Positions 18,901 to 27,762 of a stretch of 64,000 nt of DNA are shown here, in pieces. The notes below the pieces were generated by a model. The model saw only the letters and a list, made by a program, of their open reading frames with translations, ran no database searches and was not told the DNA's origin. Positions within the stretch are counted from its first letter, which is position 1. The number at the start of each line of letters is the position of its first letter. Both the position numbers and the translations under genes were made by a program. The stretch is taken from positions 2,978 to 66,977 of the IMG/VR virus record IMGVR_UViG_3300043313_000168. One strand, 5' to 3'. Source of the DNA: a virus.

Positions 18901-20075
18901 CCACGGCAGGGAGAACGTGACGTAGTTGACCAGCGCCGACCACGCGCCCAGTGCGAGCAGTTGCTTGCCTGTGATCATTTGCCCTCCTCGTTGTTGTCGA
19001 GCACCGGCCGTCCCAGTCTGGCGACGTGCGACCTTCCCAACCAAGGCGAAGGTCTACCGGTGAAGAGAGAGTGCAGTCGTTCGTGCTCCTCGATGAACGC
19101 ACGATTGGCGGGACTGAGCTCTGGTGGATGGTCGCCCACGCCACGCTGTCCGGGCGTTACCTTCATGAGGCCCCCTTCAAGAGCCACTGGGCTAGCGCCA
19201 TCTTGCTACGCTGCTCGCGCACAGCCCGGGCGTGGTGGAGGGCGGTGAAGGCGCGCTGTAGCGCCACCTGTTCAGCTTCGAGCACCCGCTGACGCAGGTG
19301 CAGAAGCTCTTCATAACGCTGCTCGATGTCGTTCATCGGCGCAACCCATGGTAGATGCCGTGATCCGCACCAAGCTCGATCACGGTGCGAGTGCGTGCCG
19401 TGGGCTCAAGCGTGACTGCCCAGGGTGCATAGCCCCAACGCAACGGGGAGCTATAACGCTCACAGTGCCCTGAGCGTGGGCAGGGCTCGTCAGGGCCACA
19501 GCCACGGCAACGAGCGTCCTCCATGACGAAGCCCTCGCTGTCGAGATGTGGGTTCACTGTGAATTTGGTCTTGTCCATCAGAGGTCCTCCCTGATGATCT
19601 TCGCGATCTCGGCGAAGGTGTGCGGCTTCACGCTGAAGAACGCACCCGCTTCCTGTATCAGTGCCGACGCGGAGTGCGTGGGCTTGAGCACTTTCGTGGC
19701 GTGCTTCTCATACAGGTGATAGAGCGGGTCCTCGTTCCGGATCAGCACCTCGTGCGTGCCGTCGTTCATCGTGCTCAGGAACGCTTGCACGTTACTGGTG
19801 AGCCCGAACTGCTCAGCAAAGCCGAGATCGAGCGTCTCGTTGTTGTTGAGGTCGACGCCGGCGAGGTCGCAGATGAACTCGGTCTTGCCGGTGATGCTGG
19901 CGGCCTCGTCGTCGTCGTCGGCCTCGAAGAAGCTGGCACCCTTGGCTCGGGCGAACACGCCCAGGCAGCAGTAGCCGTAGCCATCGTAGAGTGCGTGGGT
20001 GGCCTGTGGCAGCGTGCCACCTTCCAACTGTGGCAACCAGAGCTCTTTGGCTTCTGGCGTGATCTTGTGGTCCAT
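15913..20075 (-). CDS. Early cluster of about 14 small hypothetical ORFs (15913-16266, 16534-16953, 16733-17164, 17161-17478, 17478-17684, 17677-18114, 18089-18493, 18493-18615, 18602-18820, 18817-18978, 18975-19166, 19163-19336, 19333-19578, 19578-20075)
   Basis: Head-to-tail ORFs with ATGA/TGATG couplings and GGAGG-type RBSs. Includes Cys-rich 17677-18114 (CFYC, CDKC) and 19578-20075 (W...L..G...Q...YCCLGV). Confidence 0.6.
16263..16439 (-). CDS. Small ribbon-helix-helix-like DNA-binding protein
   Basis: MSLYRVSIDLVTDGRLKRIAAEAGCSVEELIENAA (beta strand, helix, GxS turn, helix); GGAGG RBS. Confidence 0.55.
   Translation of the reverse strand: MSLYRVSIDLVTDGRLKRIAAEAGCSVEELIENAAAEAALEFAKRQGWPLDASAIGDT
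17858..17872. repeat. Dispersed palindrome copy 7
   Basis: TTACCG TCA CGGTAA. Confidence 0.95.
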
Positions 20076-20190
20076 GTGCTCGCTCCTCAGCGTTGCAGTG
20101 GGGATGGAACTTGCCGCTACACAGCGCGGCATTGAGAGAGGGGAACTGGCGATGCTCGCTTGCGCTCGCATCGCCTCAAGGTAGCCACGA

Positions 20191-20221
20191 TTAGGGCTTT
20201 ACCGTGGCGGTAATGCCCTAA
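20191..20221. repeat. Dispersed palindrome copy 8 (20199-20213) inside an extended inverted repeat
   Basis: TTAGGGC-T-TTACCGTGGCGGTAA-T-GCCCTAA. Confidence 0.95.
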
Positions 20222-20611
20222 TTGCGTCGGGGCCTAGTAGCGCTCGCGGCACAGAGTGCAGTTGTGGGCGAGCAGCCCGTTGTCCTCGCAGAAGCGCTGG
20301 TTGAGGGGACAATTGGACCTCTTCGTGGGCGGGGTCTCCCGCTTGCCGAACGAGGTGTTGAGCTTGCGGAACCCACTGTCGAACTGGGCGAGGGTCACGT
20401 GCTTGCCGTAGGCAAGGCGGTGCTCGAACTGCTGAGCCTTGTGGAACTCCTCGGCTGCGACGGGGTCGGCTGCGTACAACTTACGGGTGAAGGATGTCAT
20501 TTGGCTGCTCCTCAGCTGGCCGTTGAAATGCCCACGTCCCAGAGCGGGGCGCGGCGCAAAATCGCCGCGTCGCGGCGCCCCATGAGCGTGGGAAGGAGGA
20601 GCGAATTTCAC

Positions 20612-20985
20612 CTTATTAGACGTGGCTGGGTAATTAGCTTGTTCCCTGTAATTAGACATATTAGCTGTTATTAGCTGTATTAACTGTGGATTTTAGCGAG
20701 GCTTTCCACCTCGTTCATAATGGAACTCGTTGTAGGGTTAAGGAAGCGTTAACACGCAATATAATTTCGCAAACCTTTCCACCTTCAGAGCTTTTCAGGC
20801 TCGTTCTTGTTTTGTTCGGTATATGTAGTTGCGAGAAAACCGGTCTCCCGTGCCGACCCGAATTGCAGCTAATCACGGAAAGGTGACAAGGTCGAGCGAA
20901 TATGAACAAGGTCGCCACTGACGTGCAGCAACCACAGCTAATACAGCTAATAGCAGCTAATTAAGCCCATCATGTCTAATAACCG
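20612..20985. repeat. Iteron-like TTAGCTG repeats forming a long imperfect inverted repeat around an AT-rich core (candidate origin or control region)
   Basis: 20661-20689 ttagctgttattagctgtattaactgtgg versus 20932-20960 ccacagctaatacagctaatagcagctaa (27/29 reverse-complement match), plus attagac/gtctaat flanks. Confidence 0.8.
20738..20752. promoter_or_regulatory. CtrA-type box TTAA-N7-TTAA (perfect)
   Basis: TTAA GGAAGCG TTAA C in the divergent control region. Confidence 0.7.
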
Positions 20986-21194
20986 CCCAATCTGGTAAGG
21001 TGATACCTTGGTTTATAGCTACGGCTCTAGCTATCACGAACCCGTGATAAGGTGGTGTCTTTGTACCTTTCCACATCCACATGATCGCACTTCCCAGGCC
21101 GCCTCACGTGCAGGCAACGCGGGCGCGAGGGCCGCCCCGATGCGGCGGTTGCATCGGCCAAATCGGTCGACAACCCCAAGCTGAGGAGCTTACC

Positions 21195-21368
21195 ATGAAC
21201 GTCAAAGGCGAAGTCAAAGGCGATACGCTGGTTCTGACCATCGACATCTCGAAGGCAGCGCGAGACGCCGCCAAGGACAGCAAGTCTGGCAAGTCCAAGA
21301 TACTGGCCACGACATCGGGCTTCACTGGGTTCGGTGATGTCAAGGTCAGCCTGAACGCCACGATCTAG
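21195..21368 (+). CDS. Small basic phage protein
   Basis: MNVKGEVKGDTLVLTIDIS...SKSGKSKILATTSGF; GAGGAG RBS. Confidence 0.75.
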   Translation: MNVKGEVKGDTLVLTIDISKAARDAAKDSKSGKSKILATTSGFTGFGDVKVSLNATI

Positions 21369-21376
21369 GCCCCGAC

Positions 21377-21402
21377 GGGGCGAGGGTAACACCCCTCGCC
21401 CC
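21377..21402 (+). terminator. Stem-loop after the 21195-21368 gene
   Basis: GGGGCGAGGG-TAACAC-CCCTCGCCCC; no U-tract. Confidence 0.5.
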
Positions 21403-21514
21403 GACTACCTGTCGCGCGCGCCCGTGTTCCCCCCACCGGGGGGCATGGACAGGCGCCCCCGTCTCGCCTTCGGCGAGACCCCCCTTGAAAATATGTAGCC
21501 CCTAAAAAGGTAAA

Positions 21515-21529
21515 TTCATACATTCTTAA
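21515..21529. promoter_or_regulatory. CtrA-type box (1 mismatch)
   Basis: TTCA TACATTC TTAA C in an AT-rich intergenic gap. Confidence 0.5.
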
Positions 21530-21579
21530 CGAACTTAACTTCTCCTGTGGTTCCACACCCCCCACGGGAACACGCCCAC

Positions 21580-22349
21580 ATGCGGATCACGGATGAACTG
21601 AACGCAGGTGAGCGCGTTACCCCCCGGGCTGAGGCTGGCCCGGGCACCAGCGAATACATTGCCCTCGGACTGGTGCTCGGGCTAGTTGCCGCCGGCGCGA
21701 TCACCGGTTCCCTCCACTATTCCGCTGTCCGTGCCGAGTATGCGGCCGCGATCACCCACACCTCGAACTCCATCACCCGGGAGAGCAAGCATGAACGACG
21801 TCAGCCTCATCAAGGAAGCGCGCGAGATTGTCCGGTGCCAGCCGCCGAGTAAAAAGGTGGAGCACCTTCGATCGTGGGCCGATGCGCTCGATGAAGCGTG
21901 GCGAGGTGTCACCTTGTCACCTTCTCGCGGTAACATCGTTCGTATGTGCCAGTGCTCGACCAAGGTCATCCGCGCGATCGAGGACATCACGGCAGCGGAA
22001 CCGCCCCCGCACTTGGGGGGAGCGATCCGGCCGAACGAGATGCAGCGCGTCGCTTAACCGATCATATACGCTCCGACGCTAGGGTGACGTCATGTTCGAT
22101 TTTCTGTTCAGACGTCGACGCGAAACCCAGGACCTCGTGGTCCTGATACAACTCATGAAGGGGATACGGGCCATGGCACTTGACCTATCAAAACTGAACG
22201 CCGCTGTCGCGCGTAACACCGCGGCCGTCGACGCACTCGTCGCGTCACACTCCGACCCGGCCGCCCAGGCTGCCGTCGACGAGGCCGCCGCCGCTGTTGA
22301 CAAGAACAGCGAAAAGGCGGAAGCTGCAGTCGCGCCCCCGGTCGCCTGA
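21580..22349 (+). CDS. Three small hypothetical proteins (21580-21852 with one TM segment, 21791-22057, 22092-22349)
   Basis: ORF track; hydrophobic YIALGLVLGLVAAGAI. Confidence 0.5.
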
Positions 22350-22380
22350 CTACGGACGCACCATCCACCACCCGCGCAAG

Positions 22381-22410
22381 AAGGCCGCACCTGTAATGGG
22401 GTGCGGCCTT
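22381..22410 (+). terminator. Probable intrinsic terminator hairpin
   Basis: AAGGCCGCACC-TGTAATGG-GGTGCGGCCTT. Confidence 0.55.
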
Positions 22411-22552
22411 CGGCGCATTCGCACTTCGTTAACGCACCTCACGCATTCTCCGCCCCGGGCCCGCTGGTCCACGGAACGCACGGTAAATCCGGCGGGCCAC
22501 GTTGGGGGTGAGATCGGCGGGCCTACCACTCATCCCCGTGGGGTAGGTCATA

Positions 22553-23068
22553 ATGCGCATCCGACATTTTCTCGAAGAGTATCTCGACTGGTTCACGTTC
22601 CCAGCGCTTGCGGTCTGGCTGCTTTACGCGTCGTGGTCGGCACTGAGCATGAAGTGGCTGGCGTACGCGGTGGTCGGATGGTTCGTCGGCACGTTCGCCG
22701 AGTACGTGATCCACCGCTGGGTGTTGCACGGACCATGGTGGATGAGCATCCATCAGCGGCACCACAAGGCGCCGCTGGAGAACACGCGCTTCCCGCTCTG
22801 GCAAATCCCGACCTACTTCCTGATTATCTACTTCCTCTGCTACATGCTCACGCACCCGCTCGACTTCGCGTTCTTCGAGGGCTGGGTCGTCTGGTACATC
22901 TCGTTCTTCAGCGTGCACTGGATGCAGCACCACGCGCCGTGGGTCTTCCCCGCGTTCGCGATCCGGCACAACGCTCACCACAAAGTGACCGTGTGCAACT
23001 ACGGCGTTACGCTCGATTTGTGGGATCGCGTGTTCGGTACGTACCGCGCAGCTAATTATCGCCGTTGA
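22553..23068 (+). CDS. Fatty acid hydroxylase / sterol desaturase family membrane di-metal enzyme
   Basis: EYVIHRWVLH, HQRHH, HWMQHH, HNAHH, NYGVT..LWDRVFGT; several TM segments. Confidence 0.9.
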   Translation: MRIRHFLEEYLDWFTFPALAVWLLYASWSALSMKWLAYAVVGWFVGTFAEYVIHRWVLHGPWWMSIHQRHHKAPLENTRFPLWQIPTYFLIIYFLCYMLTHPLDFAFFEGWVVWYISFFSVHWMQHHAPWVFPAFAIRHNAHHKVTVCNYGVTLDLWDRVFGTYRAANYRR

Positions 23069-23074
23069 CAGGTG

Positions 23075-23100
23075 TGAAGGTTTCATAAAGGTTCCGCTAA
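23075..23100. promoter_or_regulatory. Three degenerate CtrA-type half-sites at 11-bp period upstream of the CtrA-like gene
   Basis: TGAA-N7-TAAA-N7-CTAA, preceded by TTGACA at 23065. Confidence 0.45.
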
Positions 23101-23125
23101 CAAATTTCCGCCAGGGGAGCGTCGC

Positions 23126-23695
23126 ATGAATGCCATCGCACAGATCGAAGCGGTCCACCCAGCCCGTCTCGCTGCCGACATCGCAGTGTCCCTCGCGGAC
23201 GAAGGTGTACCGGTGCGGGCGATCGCGCGAAGTATTCGTCTCCCAGGTGAGGACGTCTACGAGCTCCTGAAAGCAGCGATCGACGCCGGGCGCCTGATCG
23301 AACTTCCAAAGGACGACTGGCCACCAGGAGCGCGCAACAACCGCTCACAAGCCGAGAAGAGAGTTCTCTCCTACTCCGACGAAACACTTCACCTAGCCTG
23401 TGCCAACCGTTTTAAGCTGACACGCCTCCAAGCCGTAGTGTTCGTAGCGATGCTCCGCCGCGGCGAGGCCTCCAAGACCTACCTACACAACGCCATCGAG
23501 AATAACCGCGACGACAACGCGGACCCCACCGACCAGAAGATGGTCGACGTCGTGGTCTGCCACATCCGCCGCAAGCTCAAAGACAACAACGTCAATATCG
23601 ACACGATCTGGGGCGTGGGATACGCCATGAGGGTTGACGCGCGCAATCACGCGCTCGCCGTCATGGCCGACCACATCGCAGGCACAGGTGTTTGA
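23126..23695 (+). CDS. Transcription regulator: N-terminal HTH plus C-terminal OmpR/CtrA-type winged helix, no receiver domain
   Basis: KMVDVVVCHIRRKL...IDTIWGVGYAMR resembles CtrA KIIDVFICKLRKKL...IETVWGRGYVLR; N-terminal EGVPVRAIARSIRLPGEDVYELL is HTH-like. Confidence 0.85.
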   Translation: MNAIAQIEAVHPARLAADIAVSLADEGVPVRAIARSIRLPGEDVYELLKAAIDAGRLIELPKDDWPPGARNNRSQAEKRVLSYSDETLHLACANRFKLTRLQAVVFVAMLRRGEASKTYLHNAIENNRDDNADPTDQKMVDVVVCHIRRKLKDNNVNIDTIWGVGYAMRVDARNHALAVMADHIAGTGV

Positions 23696-24065
23696 CATGG
23701 TCTCTCCGATCATCGACGAAGAGAAGATGCTGAAGTTCTTCGACGCCAAGGTCTCCGCGGCCGGCGCGATGGACATCCAGTCGGGGGCTTTCCTCCTGCT
23801 CGCTGACGCATTCGACCGCAGGGTGACACGCGAGGACCTCAAGACGTACCTGTCGGCAGCTTTGCAGGTTTATGACACGGTCGGTCGGCTTTCGATCGTC
23901 TCGAACATGCGCATGTTCCTGCGCGAGAAGGGCGAGATCAGCGACGCCGACCTGATGGTCACCGAGCAGAGCCTGACGCGCATGGTCACTGGCCACGTCG
24001 CCGACTGCATCAAGCTCGCCGAGGTGCTGCGCCAGTGCGCCACGGACGAGGACAAAATCCAATGA
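23688..24065 (+). CDS. Hypothetical protein
   Basis: Helical ORF coupled to both neighbours. Confidence 0.65.
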   Translation: MFDMVSPIIDEEKMLKFFDAKVSAAGAMDIQSGAFLLLADAFDRRVTREDLKTYLSAALQVYDTVGRLSIVSNMRMFLREKGEISDADLMVTEQSLTRMVTGHVADCIKLAEVLRQCATDEDKIQ

Positions 24066-24793
24066 GCGACGAGCACGTCGAGACAGGGCTCCTCGAAGCT
24101 GCGGCGGAGATTACCGCCGCGGTAAACGACGAGCCCGTCGGCCTGACCAAGGACGGCATCGACGCGCTGAAGGCGATGGTCGCCCTCCCTGCCGACTTCG
24201 GGCCGCCGCAGATGGTGGCGCTCGCGCGTGACGTCGGCATGAACATCTACCCGCTGGGTACAGTGCTCTCCAACCACAGGCTGACGAATGCGCAATACGA
24301 GTTCCTCCAAACGTACAACGAGTTCTTCCGCAACTCGGTCATCCAGCAAGCCAACGAGTGGCAAGGTCTCAAGAGCACGCAAGACAGGCTCCGCGCCGAA
24401 GCCGCCGCCGCGCTCGAAGAGAAGCTCCCTATCCTCGCAAGTCGCATGGGCAACCAAGGCGAAAAACTCGCTGACGCTGTTGAAGCAGCTAAACTTTTTG
24501 CAAAGATCGCTGGCGTTGACGGAGATGCCCCCGGGGTTAGGCGCGGAGGCGAGGGCTTTACGATTACTATTGATCTTGGCGCCGACACGCGTGTTGTCGT
24601 CGGAACTGCGCCGGCTCCGGCGTCGAGCGCAGATGCGGATCATCAGCGCCCGCTACGGACGGTCGGCGAAGGGCAAGGCCAACAATCGCCGCTACCACAG
24701 CAGCCCGAAGGGCAAGTGGTCGGCCGAGAAGTACGACAAGTCGCCCCTCGGCAGATCGCGGCGCCGACGGGCATCGCAATCCCCGAAGGGTAA
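24062..24793 (+). CDS. Possible terminase small subunit
   Basis: Helical protein followed by a beta segment (GFTITIDLG), two genes upstream of TerL; positional inference. Confidence 0.45.
   Translation: MSDEHVETGLLEAAAEITAAVNDEPVGLTKDGIDALKAMVALPADFGPPQMVALARDVGMNIYPLGTVLSNHRLTNAQYEFLQTYNEFFRNSVIQQANEWQGLKSTQDRLRAEAAAALEEKLPILASRMGNQGEKLADAVEAAKLFAKIAGVDGDAPGVRRGGEGFTITIDLGADTRVVVGTAPAPASSADADHQRPLRTVGEGQGQQSPLPQQPEGQVVGREVRQVAPRQIAAPTGIAIPEG
24111..24125. repeat. Dispersed palindrome copy 9 (encodes ITAAVN)
   Basis: TTACCG CCG CGGTAA. Confidence 0.95.
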
Positions 24794-24977
24794 GTTAAGG
24801 CATTTCCTGTATAGACGTTCGCCGAAGGGCATCGAAACAAATTGGAGACACGACAATGGGCCAACCCGCAAAAACTCCCGAAGACAAGCTCTCGGACGCA
24901 AACGAGATCATCAAGCAGAAGAACGCCGAAATTCTGCAGCAGCGGAAGCAAATCGTCGCTTTGACCAAATCGGATGA
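24633..24977 (+). CDS. Overprinted basic protein with six 13-aa Y..SPKGK repeats
   Basis: YGRSAKGKANNRR / YHSSPKGKWSAEK / YDKSPLGRSRRRR / ASQSPKGKLRHFL / YRRSPKGIETNWR / HDNGPTRKNSRRQ. Confidence 0.6.
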   Translation: MRIISARYGRSAKGKANNRRYHSSPKGKWSAEKYDKSPLGRSRRRRASQSPKGKLRHFLYRRSPKGIETNWRHDNGPTRKNSRRQALGRKRDHQAEERRNSAAAEANRRFDQIG

Positions 24978-25965
24978 AACTGCGCGCACCGTGCGCGAGA
25001 ACATCTACGGGATCGCGGGCTACGACCCAGAACCACCTGAGTGGCTCGTGAAGGAAGGCATCACGGGTCACCGAGGCACGCCTGCCACCATCTGGTCCGA
25101 CTGGCACTACGGCGAGGTTGTCCGCAAGTCGGAAGTCGGTGGCGTCAACGAGTTCTCCAAAGACATCGCCGCGCGCCGCGTCAAGAAGCTGGTGACCACC
25201 ACCATCGACCTCGCGCACAACCACATGGGTAAGGCCAAGGTGAAATACCCGGGGGTTGTGGTTGCGCTCGGGGGCGACATGCTCGGCGGCGACATCCACG
25301 AAGAGTTGATGAAGACCAACGATCGCACCACGCAGCAGTCGATCGAGGACCTGATCGACCTGATCGCCGGCGGGCTCGACACCATGGCCACCCACTTCGG
25401 CAACGTGTTCGTGCCGTGCGTCGTCGGCAACCACGGCCGCTCCACCAAGAAGATGCAGATGAAGCAGCGCGTGCACACCTCGCACGAGTGGAACGTCTAC
25501 TGCGGCGTGGCGCGCTACTTCAAAAAGAACAAGCACATCCAGTTCTCAATCCCGGAGGAAGCCGATGCACAGTTCAATATCTACGGTCATCGCTATATGC
25601 TCACTCACGGTGACAGCCTGGGCGTCAAGGGTGGCGATGGCATCATTGGTGCTCTCGGCCCGATCATGCGAGGCACTCTCAAGACGCATAGATCGGAGGC
25701 TCAGATCGACCGTGAGTTCGACACACTTCTTATCGGACACTGGCACCAGTACCTCACGCTCCCCGGCCTCATCTGCAACAACAGCCTTAAGGGCTATGAT
25801 GAGTACGCGCGTCTGGTCCTCCGAGCACCATTTTCTCGCCCTTCGCAAGCTCTCTGGTTTACCCACCCGGAGCACGGCATCACTGCACATTGGCAAGTGT
25901 ATCTCGAAGGCCAACTTGATCGTAAAAAGCTCGACAAGTCGCAGTGGGTTAGCTTCCCCCAATGA
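24856..25965 (+). CDS. Calcineurin-like metallophosphoesterase
   Basis: SDWHYG, GGD, GNHG, THGD, GHWH motifs; GGAG RBS. Confidence 0.9.
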   Translation: MGQPAKTPEDKLSDANEIIKQKNAEILQQRKQIVALTKSDETARTVRENIYGIAGYDPEPPEWLVKEGITGHRGTPATIWSDWHYGEVVRKSEVGGVNEFSKDIAARRVKKLVTTTIDLAHNHMGKAKVKYPGVVVALGGDMLGGDIHEELMKTNDRTTQQSIEDLIDLIAGGLDTMATHFGNVFVPCVVGNHGRSTKKMQMKQRVHTSHEWNVYCGVARYFKKNKHIQFSIPEEADAQFNIYGHRYMLTHGDSLGVKGGDGIIGALGPIMRGTLKTHRSEAQIDREFDTLLIGHWHQYLTLPGLICNNSLKGYDEYARLVLRAPFSRPSQALWFTHPEHGITAHWQVYLEGQLDRKKLDKSQWVSFPQ

Positions 25966-27419
25966 GCAAGCTCCACTACGCAGCACCCCCTACGTGTGCC
26001 CGCTTCATGAAGAGCGAGGCGTTTGGTCGGCTGATCGCTGGTCCAGTCGGTAGCGGCAAGACCACCGCTGCCGTCATCGAGCTCCTGCGCCGCTCGTGCG
26101 CGCAGGCCCGCGGCACCGACGGCGTGCGGCATACCCGCCACGCCATCGTCCGGCAGACGCTGAAGCAGCTGAAGGACACCGTGCTGAAGGACTGTCAGAA
26201 CTGGCTGAAGGGCCTCGGGCAGTGGAAGGTGTCGGAGAACACGTTCATCGTCGACTTCGACGACGTGCGCTCCGAATGGATTTTCATCCCGCTCGAAAAC
26301 GAAGAGGACCAAGCGCGGCTGCTGTCGATGCAGCTGACCGGCGCGTGGCTGTCGGAGTGCATCGAGATGGACATCAGCGTCCTTGCGCCGCTCACCGGCC
26401 GTCTCGGCCGTTACCCGTCCGGCGTCGAGGGCGTCTGCACCTGGAACGGCTGGATCGCCGACACCAACTTCCCCACCGAGATGACGCCGTGGCACTCGTT
26501 CATGGAGACGCCGCCGCCCGAGGTGCAGATATTCAAGCAGCCGTCGGGCATGGCCGATAACGCCGAGAACCTGAACTGGCTGCGCCAGAACGAGACCACC
26601 ATCGCCTTGCCGATCGACCACCCCGCGCGCGTCGCGCAGGGGCGGAAGTATTACGAGCGCTTCGTCGAGATGTACGGCGAGGAGAGCGACTGGGTGAAGC
26701 GCTACGTCTACGCGCAGTACGGCGACGACCCGTCCGGCGCCGCGGTGTTCAAGAACTCATTCAAGTCCAACTTCCACATCGTGCCCGACACCATGCTGAT
26801 CCCGGGCTACCCGCTGCTGATCGGCCAGGACTTCGGGCGCAACCCATGGAGCCTGATCTGTCAGATGGATCATATGGGCCGGCTGCTCGTGCACCAGGAA
26901 GTGCCGGCGACGAACGTCGGCTTGGAGAAGCACGTCAACGAGAAGCTCAAGCCGCTGCTGATGTCCGACCGCTATCTCGGCTACAAGGTGTGTGCCATCG
27001 GCGACCCGAGTGGTGTGGCGAAAGGTAACATCGCCGAGGAGAGTTGCTTCGACGCGCTCTCACGCCTCGGCATCCCGAACTTCCCGGCCCCGACCAACGA
27101 CATCGAGCCACGCCTGCGCGCGGTCGAGAGCCTGCTCGGGCAGCAGACCAACGGCGGGCCGGCGCTGATGATCTCCGCCAAGGGCTGTCCGTGGCTGTGC
27201 CGCGCCATGAGCGGCGGCTATCGCTTCATGAAGATGAAAACCGGCGCGCTGAAGGTGGTGCCCGACAAAACCGACAAAGAAGGGTTCTCGCATGTCGCCG
27301 ACGATCTTCAGTACGTGGCTCTGGTTGTCCACGGTGGCGTCGTTCCAGAGATCAGCCGTCGCCTACGCCCACGCGTTAAGCGTAGCGGTTCGAGCGTCTC
27401 TGCCGCGGGGTGGACTTAA
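25962..27419 (+). CDS. terL: Terminase large subunit
   Basis: Walker A GPVGSGKT, Walker B-like WLSE, DTN, nuclease GQDFG and SHVADDLQY. Confidence 0.9.
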   Translation: MSKLHYAAPPTCARFMKSEAFGRLIAGPVGSGKTTAAVIELLRRSCAQARGTDGVRHTRHAIVRQTLKQLKDTVLKDCQNWLKGLGQWKVSENTFIVDFDDVRSEWIFIPLENEEDQARLLSMQLTGAWLSECIEMDISVLAPLTGRLGRYPSGVEGVCTWNGWIADTNFPTEMTPWHSFMETPPPEVQIFKQPSGMADNAENLNWLRQNETTIALPIDHPARVAQGRKYYERFVEMYGEESDWVKRYVYAQYGDDPSGAAVFKNSFKSNFHIVPDTMLIPGYPLLIGQDFGRNPWSLICQMDHMGRLLVHQEVPATNVGLEKHVNEKLKPLLMSDRYLGYKVCAIGDPSGVAKGNIAEESCFDALSRLGIPNFPAPTNDIEPRLRAVESLLGQQTNGGPALMISAKGCPWLCRAMSGGYRFMKMKTGALKVVPDKTDKEGFSHVADDLQYVALVVHGGVVPEISRRLRPRVKRSGSSVSAAGWT

Positions 27420-27685
27420 CCATTATCCGGGCCGCCCATTTCTGGGGGCATCGGCAGCAGTTTGGCTTCCGCCATCATCACGGCGGCCTTCATTCTGGCT
27501 AATCGCCTCTGCTGGCGAGTGGCGAGCCATCGCTGAACCGTCTTGCTCTCGTAAATCTGAACCAGATACCAGACGATCGCCACGAGCGCGGCGAGCGGCG
27601 GCAGCGCGGCGGCTACGGTCGCAACAAGCACGCCGGGTGCTACAACATACGAAATGATCGTGTTCATGCGCTCGTGGATGTCCAT
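27416..27685 (-). CDS. Small membrane protein (holin/antiholin-like), antisense within the late arm
   Basis: Hydrophobic VVAPGVLVATVAAALPPLAALVAIVWYLVQIYE followed by a basic tail. Confidence 0.6.
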   Translation of the reverse strand: MDIHERMNTIISYVVAPGVLVATVAAALPPLAALVAIVWYLVQIYESKTVQRWLATRQQRRLARMKAAVMMAEAKLLPMPPEMGGPDNG

Positions 27686-27747
27686 AGTGTTACCTGTTCC
27701 GTTGGCTCGTCTACAGGTAGCTGACCGGCGTTAACAAATTCGGCGCG

Positions 27748-27762
27748 TTAAGGGATCGTTTA
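27748..27762. promoter_or_regulatory. CtrA-type box (1 mismatch) upstream of portal
   Basis: TTAA GGGATCG TTTA, with an extra TTAAC at 27731. Confidence 0.6.

Noticed and set aside
20234-20659. 141-aa minus-strand ORF and neighbours in the control region
   Set aside because: Starts inside the repeat array with no clear RBS; a shorter real gene at its 3' end cannot be excluded.
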